A DNA stretch of 64,000 nucleotides from Eledone cirrhosa (lineage: Eukaryota). Location: the NCBI GenBank assembly GCA_964016885.1, contig OZ024752.1:11718001-11782000 (forward strand), written 5' to 3'. The notes under the pieces were generated by a model. It was not told where the DNA came from, made no database searches, and was given only the letters and a program-made list of their open reading frames with translations. Of this stretch, positions 55,590 through 64,000 are shown one piece after another (the first letter of the stretch is position 1; every line of letters starts with the position of its first letter). The position numbers and the translations under genes are program-made.

Positions 55590-56359
55590 CGTATATATAC
55601 ATACATACATACATACATACATACATACATACATACATACATACATACATACATACATACAAACATATACAAGCACGTTTCAAAATGTTCTCTTTGATAT
55701 GATTTCCCTTAATTATATTGTGTAATATTCCCAGCTCCATATCTGCCATAAATGCTGTGCTTTATAAAGTTGTATGCTAATAATCTGCAATGTCTGTTTC
55801 ACTGAGCCGCTCGCTCAGTCGCCCGCTCAATCGCCCGCTCAATCACTCGCTCAGTCGCCCGCTCAAACACTCGCTCAGTCGCTCGCTCGCCTTTTTGCAC
55901 GCTTGTTCGCTCTTTTCAATTTATTGCCCACTAAAATCCTACTAATTTTAGTTGCGCTGCCATTTCCTACATTGTTACCCAATTTACCAGCATACATGCA
56001 TATATACATACATATATACGTACATTCATAGATACATACATACATTCATGCATAGAAACACAGGTATATACTCACACAGATACAGGCTTATATATTCATA
56101 CGTACATATATATATGTAAATGCGTGTGTATATATATGTGTGTGTGTAAAGAGAGAAAGAGAAATAGTCGCTGGTTCTGAAACCGGGAAGACTACATTGT
56201 ATATATATATATATAAATATATATAATGTAATAAACAACATAAGATAATTATTTCATTTACCAGTGGTAAATGCAAACAAAATTTGCTTTCAGTCATCAG
56301 AATGAAAAAATCCTGGTGTATTTATTGACAGTGGATTTTAAAAACCTATATATATATAA

Positions 56360-56665
56360 CACAAATTTAAATTTCGAATACCAGCACAATGCGTATGAAG
56401 AATGTTAAATTGCCAAGATATGAAAAGAATCTTACATTAGTAAATTTAACGATCCCAAATATTTTCGAATTTAAAAACCCATTATTAAGGGAGTCGCCCT
56501 ATGAGGGACTCCAAAATCAATCGGATAGTCTTGCTTGTTTGGAGAGCAGATTTAAATGAAAATATTTGGGATCGTTAAATTTGCTAAGGTAAGATTCTTT
56601 TGTTATCTTGGCAATTTAGCATTCTTCATAACACATTGTGTTGGTCTTCAAATATAAATTTGTGA
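56360..56665. mobile_element. Foldback element family J (arms ~56360-56466 / 56558-56665), no hammerhead seen
   Basis: Diverged inverted arms between TA tracts. Confidence 0.7.
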
Positions 56666-56721
56666 TTCCTATTAAACAATGCTTCAAGCAAGCTACAAAA
56701 CTATATATATTCGTATGTATG

Positions 56722-56780
<59 letters not shown>

Positions 56781-56915
56781 ATAAAAATAACAGATTAAGC
56801 AAAGAATCGCTGCTTTGGATTTTAGTCTTCAAATTTATTATTATTACTATATATATGTATGTATGTATATATATATATGTATGTATGTATATATATATGC
56901 ATATATATATATATA

Positions 56916-57387
56916 TTGCTATACTTTGGGAGGGTCGTGTTGCCAATAAGAAACACACGCACCAGTTGCTTTCACTTCAATTTATTATAAATTTATAAAT
57001 TTTATAAATATAAATTTTATAAATTTCCGGTTGGTTGATTTGTTCCACAAACGGATGGTTGTTCATATATTGTCAAAGTTCTTTCGTCACACATTCTGTG
57101 AGCTCTTCAGTGACTGGGGATTCTTTTCTTCGGTCACTGAAGAGGTCACAGAATGTGTGACGAAAGAACTTTGACAATATATGAACAACCATCCGGTTGT
57201 GAAACCAACCAACCGGAAATTTATAAAATTTATATTTATAAAATTTATAAAAATTTATAATGAATTGAAGTGAAGCAACTGGTGCGTGTGTTTCTTATTG
57301 GCAACATAACCCTCCCAAAGTATAACAATATCGGTTTCAACACACGTATTCAGATAAAGAATCTTGCTAAACAAATTCAGAAACGAA
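56916..57387. mobile_element. Family E foldback (arms ~56916-57114 / 57133-57330) plus right tail
   Basis: Inverted arms; homolog of 10856-12217. Confidence 0.9.
57133..57175 (+). ncRNA. Minimal hammerhead motif (family E); mirror copy at 57072-57114 on -
   Basis: Identical to 11067-11109. Confidence 0.8.
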
Positions 57388-58240
57388 AAAAAATATATAT
57401 ATATATGTATGTATGTATAGCTGAAAAGCTAGCAAAAATAAGTCAAAGTCACAACGTGCCGCCGCTCACATATATGTATGTATGTTTGTATGTATGTACG
57501 TATATATATGTTTGTATGCACACAAAAACATGTAAACAAGCAAAACACGTCGCGAAGAAAAATCTCCATTCTGAGTCTCTATTACTGCCGCTGCTCTTTT
57601 GCTGAATTGAGCGCGACTCAAGGCGAACGCGAAAGCATTGACGTGTATGCGTGTGCTGCTTCTCAAGTCGCTGTGTTTCTGTGCAGGCTCAAAGTAAAGC
57701 CCGACGCTGACTTGATGCAAATCCACCATCGGCGGCTCACTTCGACGGCAATGCCAGACGATGCGAAAAAGAGAGAGGAAGAAAGTCACGTTGGACGACT
57801 GGACATCCTGGTGGACTGGTTTCAGATGTGATTCATGTGAAACGAGGATATTAAACTGGAGATTAACGCATTGGTGTCGGAACAATTCAGTCTTAACGCA
57901 AACTTGATGAAAGCTTCGATTCCATTGAAACAACAGAAAACAATGAAAGGTTTGTTGTCTCTATATATCAATTACTATTGCTTCGTATTTTCACTCATCT
58001 GACCTTCTTGTTTATTTCTATACATATACACTTCTTCCAAACCTTTCATTCCTTTCTCTCCTGCACCATTTCTCTCTCTTCCTCTCTCTCTCTCTCAATC
58101 TCTCTCTCTCTCTCTGTCTCTCTCTCTCTCAATCTATCTCTCTCTCTCTCCCTCTCTCCATCTACATATCTACATAAATACATACATATATACATATATA
58201 CATGCATAAATACATACGTATGTACATATACATATATATA

Positions 58241-58335
58241 CGTTAAGATCCTCTTCCTGCTATTTCAAGCATTAAACTAATATATTCCTTCCATATACTG
58301 TACCGTTTGTGTTGTTATTTCTGTTTACCTTTTAC
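58241..58335 (+). mobile_element. Family G 3' fragment beginning at the hammerhead stem III/cleavage site
   Basis: cgttaagatcctcttcctgc...gtttaccttttac. Confidence 0.7.
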
Positions 58336-58422
58336 ATATATACAGATACATATACATATATATATATATGTGTGTGTGTGTGTGTATCTGTGAGTGTGTG
58401 TGTGTGTGTATATATGTATGTA

Positions 58423-58574
<152 letters not shown>

Positions 58575-58701
58575 TTAGTTAAGCAAAACAAGACCACAAA
58601 ATTCCCATGGAAGACGTTAGTTAAAGAGTGTCAACATAGTTACAGTTTAATGTAAGGAATAAAGAGTGTAATTGTAGTTTAATGAAAGGAATAATTATGT
58701 C

Positions 58702-58825
58702 CGTTTACAATTGTTTCACTACTCCATATAATGTTTCTGGATCAATTGATTATTAGATCGTTATTGATCTGGTTCAGAGGAAGATAAGTAACTTAAGTAA
58801 TGTTATGGAGCAGCTCTTTAGAACG
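58702..58825 (-). ncRNA. Decayed hammerhead with long stem II (core CTAAAGA)
   Basis: Reverse complement CGTT CTAAAGA GCTGCTCCATA...TATGGAGTAGT GAAAC aatt GTA AACG. Confidence 0.6.
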
Positions 58826-58944
58826 TCAGATCATGAAAATATTAATATAGATAAAATGAAATAAGAAATATAAAATAAAGTAAAGTAAGATGGTTACGTG
58901 ACTGTAAGATTACATAGATTGGCATTTCATGAAAGTAGACCTTG

Positions 58945-59028
<84 letters not shown>

Positions 59029-59243
59029 CAATTACACGCTATGTGTATACGCCATGTAGCGTGACTTAATCTTTGCAAGATTATTCAATACAAAAAGTGT
59101 ATTTTCCCTAATACCTTATATATAAAAATACTGCTAGATAGCTAATAATTTGAGGCTAAACAGGCACAATTTCCTTTCTACTTGATTATATAGTTAGGCT
59201 TGGCGATTTTAAACCACGGGCCAAAATGAAGCCCCGGAATGCC

Positions 59244-59472
59244 TTAATCCTTTATCATTTACCTTACTCTATATATACTATTGTATTTTTGTGGTAAAGG
59301 CTTTACCTCACATAATTATTGTACATAATATCGAATCTATGAGATCTTGATATTATTTATTTTGAGAACAATACCTTAACATAAGTATGAGTGGCCAATT
59401 AAAGCCGGTTTGAACAGAAAGATGTGGGAGAATGCTGGCCGTGTATGGCCGGTTTAAATGCTAAATGGTTAA
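59244..59472 (+). mobile_element. piggyBac-like MITE
   Basis: TTAA at both ends; tcctttatcattta / taaatgctaaatgg. Confidence 0.8.
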
Positions 59473-59594
59473 ATAGTGCGTCTTAAAGATATAATGATTT
59501 CTAAGTTTCGTTCAGTGTCTTTATAGAGTAAATATGTTTGTCTTTTCTAACAAGTATATCATACACAAAACGCCAACATCAACAGTTTTCCAAT

Positions 59595-59826
59595 AGATGG
59601 CAACATGAATGGACCTGTTATTTTTCTCTATTTTATTTTTCCGATTCCGCCCTGCCCATCTTCTCAATCTTTATATATCTTCTTTAATTTCTCATTCTAT
59701 TTTCTGATGAAGGACTAACGTCCGAAACGTTAAGACTATTTTCCTACTATATCAAGCGTAAAACTAATAATATATTTCCTCATTGTACTGTGTCGCTGGC
59801 TTTTGTCATTTCTGTTTACCCTTTAC
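59595..59826 (+). mobile_element. Family G element
   Basis: Reverse-complement homolog of 7094-7311. Confidence 0.8.
59700..59735 (+). ncRNA. Minimal type I hammerhead motif (family G), intact core
   Basis: tttt CTGATGA a GGAC taac GTCC GAAACGTT aaga; palindromic AACGTT, GUU site. Confidence 0.8.
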
Positions 59827-60014
59827 ACACACACACACACACAGATATATATATAAACCTGTAGAGCAAACACTTATTATAAGAACAGTTTAAAGTTTAA
59901 GCAAGGAATCGCTTAAACTTTTATCTGTCCTTATAATATATATAATCACGATCTTCTGCTTTACGGTAAGAGTTCTGCAGTCGAAGAGAAAATCAACATG
60001 GTACCTACACTCTA

Positions 60015-60323
<309 letters not shown>

Positions 60324-60326
60324 GCA

Positions 60327-60398
<72 letters not shown>

Positions 60399-61153
60399 AA
60401 ACAAAATGTTTAGCGTAGTGTGATCGGTACATTTTAGCTAGTGGGCGCCAACAGGGTGTATTGAGTCTACTGTCACGAAGAGACTCTTAAGGCCAACCTA
60501 AAGGATGCATCTACTTTTTAACACAGTCTGCTACAGTTCCTGTAGTCAAAGATAGATATTTATATAACCTTGGTAAGACTAATATAACTTTATGGATATC
60601 GATCTTCGTGTAGTACGACTATAACTGCCATCAAATTCTTAGCTTTTTGTACGCAGAATTTTACATAGAATACCTAGAAGATCATGTGGTATGAAGAGAT
60701 TAGAAACGGTTGCTAAACCACCAATTTATAACTTTATAAGATTGTTATGGTATATGTGGCTCGACCACGTCTCTAAGTGGTATGGAAGCCTTGTTTGAGA
60801 ATGTTACCTACCTCTATGGCAAACACTGGAAAGTAATTTCACGGGAAACATGAATAAGAACTATGCGAAGGGAGGCAAGTGAAGAATGTTCAAATGACTT
60901 CAGATAAATGACCCAAGATCAGTGCCTTTACTAACAATTCATCGAAACTGTATTCACGTAAAACTATAAACCCGTAGGTTTGTACAGAACCTACGAGCTG
61001 TATATTGCAATATATGACAATTGATTGATCACAACTTACATCATGTCAGTAGGGTTTCTATGTATGTACGTATGTATGTATATCCTCTATATTTTTATCA
61101 AGTTTAATCTAAACACACTTCCCTAATCTGATTTAGAAATAAATGAGAATATA

Positions 61154-61327
61154 CCGTATTTCCCGGCGTTGAAGACGCTACTTTTTCCCTAAAATAAGTC
61201 TCAAAAATCTACCATGCGTCCTGGAGGCCGAAGGTTGCATTTTTCATTATTATTATTATTTTTTTTTTTTTGTCAAAATTAGGCTGCGTCCTCGAGGACG
61301 AAGCATCTTCGGCGCCGGGAAATACGG
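61154..61327. mobile_element. pogo-like MITE
   Basis: TA-ccgtatttcccggcg / cgccgggaaatacgg-TA. Confidence 0.88.
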
Positions 61328-61511
61328 TACTTTAAGTAAATATAAAGTTCCTTCTACACTTCATGCTTATTATCTAACTTCAAACCTAAAAACTACACTT
61401 AAGTACAATATAAAGTATAAAGTATAAAGATCCCATAACTCCCAATTTCTTCAGCCTGTCATGACAGGCTGAAGAAATTGAGTACCTCTTTATTCACTGT
61501 TGTAATTATAC

Positions 61512-61552
<41 letters not shown>

Positions 61553-61904
61553 GTTGTGTGTTTGTATATATTTGTGTGTGTGTCGTTGTGTGTTTGTATA
61601 TATTTATGTGTGTGTGCCTGAGATTGAGTAGATATATTCGTGATTGTTCACAATGCACTGGAACTATAAGATGCCTTGAAATCTCTTATCAGTTATTTGC
61701 TATTTGTTTCATTTATTTTGTTTTATTGACATGCCTATATTTGGTTTTATGCCCATAGTACATTAAACCCCCAACACTTAGGAACAGAAAACTATAATTT
61801 CTTTGACTCTATTTAATTAAACGGACATCTTGACAGGAAAGAATTATCGAGCGCTAACATCGGAGAGAGATCTGACAACGGCTTTCACTGAACGTAATAA
61901 CTAA

Positions 61905-62245
61905 TTACTGGCACTTCGTCGGTTGCGAGAAGTAGTATCCTTGTTGATACAATCTGCGGAACAGCCTGCTCGTGAAATGTGAAATTAACATGCAAGTGAC
62001 TGATTGAGCTTTCAACAATCACGCGTACTTTTAAAGTAGTTCACAGGGAGATTCAGCATGACACAGAATGTGACAAAGCTAGCCCTGCGAATTACAAGGT
62101 GCAACTCATTTGTTTGCCGGCTGAATGGACAGGAGTGACGTAAAATAAAGTGTCTTGCTGAAGGTCACAGCGCGCCCACGGGAATATGAACTCACGATCT
62201 TACGATTGGGAGCCGAATACCCTAACCACACAGCCACACACCTTC
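61905..62245 (-). mobile_element. Second-type tRNA-derived SINE
   Basis: Reverse complement gaaggtgtgtggctgtgtggttagggtattcggct..cgtgagttcatattccc; homologous to 51527-51645. Confidence 0.7.
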
Positions 62246-62782
62246 AGAGTGACTAATTAACAGGTGTGTCAATTTACGGTTGCAAACGTCGTTTCTTCAC
62301 TAAAACGAGTAGCTTAATGTAATAATCAACTAGCGCCTCTTTTCTACCACCACCACCAACAATAACAACAACAACACCATCAACACTATCGCCACAAACC
62401 CCCCCCCCCCCCCACCACCACCACCACACCATCGCAACCACCACCACTACTACCACTACTACTACTACTACTTACACAACCAACGCGTATCATCAAAGCT
62501 CTCCATAAAACATTATTAACACCTTTACTACTGTCAAACGGAACAGAACAACAATATTGATAAATGAGATTTGAACGTGTAGCGACTGTTTGTTACTGTG
62601 TTAGAATCAAGTTTAAAACAAATCTTATATAAAAGTTATATCGGGGTTCTGTTGCTGTTGTTGATGTTATTGTCGCTGCTGGTTTCTTTTTCAACAAAGC
62701 AATCGGAATTCGAATCATTGTAATAAGCCTCACTCCCTGTTGGTCTGCTGTTCCAGACACGTAGTCGTTATTATAGCAGCTA

Positions 62783-62968
62783 AGGGCAGTGGATTGGCAG
62801 TATCGGTAGAGAGTCGGATGCCATGCTTTCCAGCATAGTTACGTCCCTTTACGATCCGAGTTCAAATCCCGCCGAGGTTGACTTTGCCTTTCATCCTTAC
62901 GGGGTCGATAAAATAAAGTACCAGTAATGCACTGAGTAATTGCTGGCCTTGTGCCTAAAGTAGAAACA
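62783..62968 (+). mobile_element. tRNA-derived SINE with a 16-bp TSD
   Basis: gttattatagcagcta at 62767-62782 and 62969-62984. Confidence 0.93.
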
Positions 62969-63297
62969 GTTATTATAGCAGCTATCAATATTTGCTCCAC
63001 CAACATTACCATGTTAATATTCATCATAAATCGTTGTATGAGGTTTCAACAGTTGGTTAGATATTTGCTCAATTAAATTTGCCAATTAAATCGATACAAT
63101 TACTGGAGTGAAGTCTTTTTTTTTTAATCAGCACATCAACAATATATGTCAGATTCGACCTCGATAGAATTTGAACTGGGAAAAAGGAACGGAAATAAAT
63201 ACTGCAGAGTATTATGCCTGCTGTGAACCTTAATATTAATTTTTTACATAGGTAAAAGACTATTTTATTGAATTCCTCCAAATATATTTGGCTATAT

Positions 63298-63490
63298 CAA
63301 ACCTGCCAACCTCTAAAACCCCAAATGAGGAGTACCATGAAAAAATGCTCGTAAATGGGGAGAAATGGGGCAAAATGGGGAGATTTTACAAAATGAAAGC
63401 TATACCCATTTTCACAAGGGAAGACATCTCTCACCAGCCCCAAGGTGGGTGGGAGTTTTCTCCGTTGGACGCGGAATGTTGACAGGTCTG
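63298..63490. mobile_element. MITE, same family as 52042-52240
   Basis: caaacctgccaa / ttgacaggtctg. Confidence 0.75.
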
Positions 63491-63601
63491 TTATATTGAA
63501 AATTAGTCGAAAGACCATAGACAATGTATATCATATTCGAAAGAGAACAGTTAAAACATAAAGAAAACAAAAGGAGGGAATTCTTTGAATTAGTTTTAGA
63601 A

Positions 63602-64000
63602 TTTTCTACATTATCTAGAAACACTAATATAGGTTTACTGTACAAGAAACAGCTTTTCTACATTATCTAGAAACACTAATATAGGTTTACTGTACAACAA
63701 ACAGCTTTTCTACATTATCTAGAAACACTAATGTAGGTTTACTGTACAAGAAACAGCTTTTCTACATTATCTAGAAACACTAATATAGGTTTACTGTACA
63801 ACAAACAGCTTTTCTACATTATCTAGAAACACTAATATAGGTTTACTGTACAACAAACAGCTTTTCTACATTATCTAGAAACACTAATATAGGTTTACTG
63901 TACAAGAAACAGCTTTTCTACATTATCTAGAAACTCTAATGTAGGTTTACTGTACAACAAACAGCTTTTCTACATTATCTGGAAACACTAATATAGGTTT
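63602..64000. repeat. 52-bp satellite, >7 copies, runs off the window
   Basis: ttttctacattatctagaaacactaatataggtttactgtacaagaaacagc in tandem. Confidence 0.97.

Overview
AT-rich, microsatellite-saturated eukaryotic DNA, intergenic or intronic, with one 200-N gap. The SINE sequences resemble those of octopod cephalopods (inference). No intact host gene is visible, and nearly all ORFs in the track are translated microsatellites. Recognisable coding remnants are all from mobile elements: a decayed Tc1/mariner transposase (~16.6-17.8 kb), the C-terminus of an R4/Dong-type non-LTR element (19759-20481, -), a Penelope-like GIY-YIG endonuclease (~42.9-43.2 kb) and an RTE C-terminus (~45.8-46.5 kb). 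Also present are many tRNA-type SINEs, several MITE families (three with internal satellites), a clean non-autonomous Helitron and a bipartite RTE derivative. The main finding is about two dozen type I hammerhead ribozyme motifs (CTGANGA-stem II-GAAA-palindromic stem III-NUH-stem I), read by eye, in at least eight unrelated short-element families. Most of these elements sit in or next to (TA)n tracts, and many form head-to-head foldbacks with one hammerhead on each strand. One element joins the hammerhead to the GIY-YIG endonuclease remnant, which links the set to Penelope-like retroelements/retrozymes. Coordinates were read manually and may be off by a few bases.
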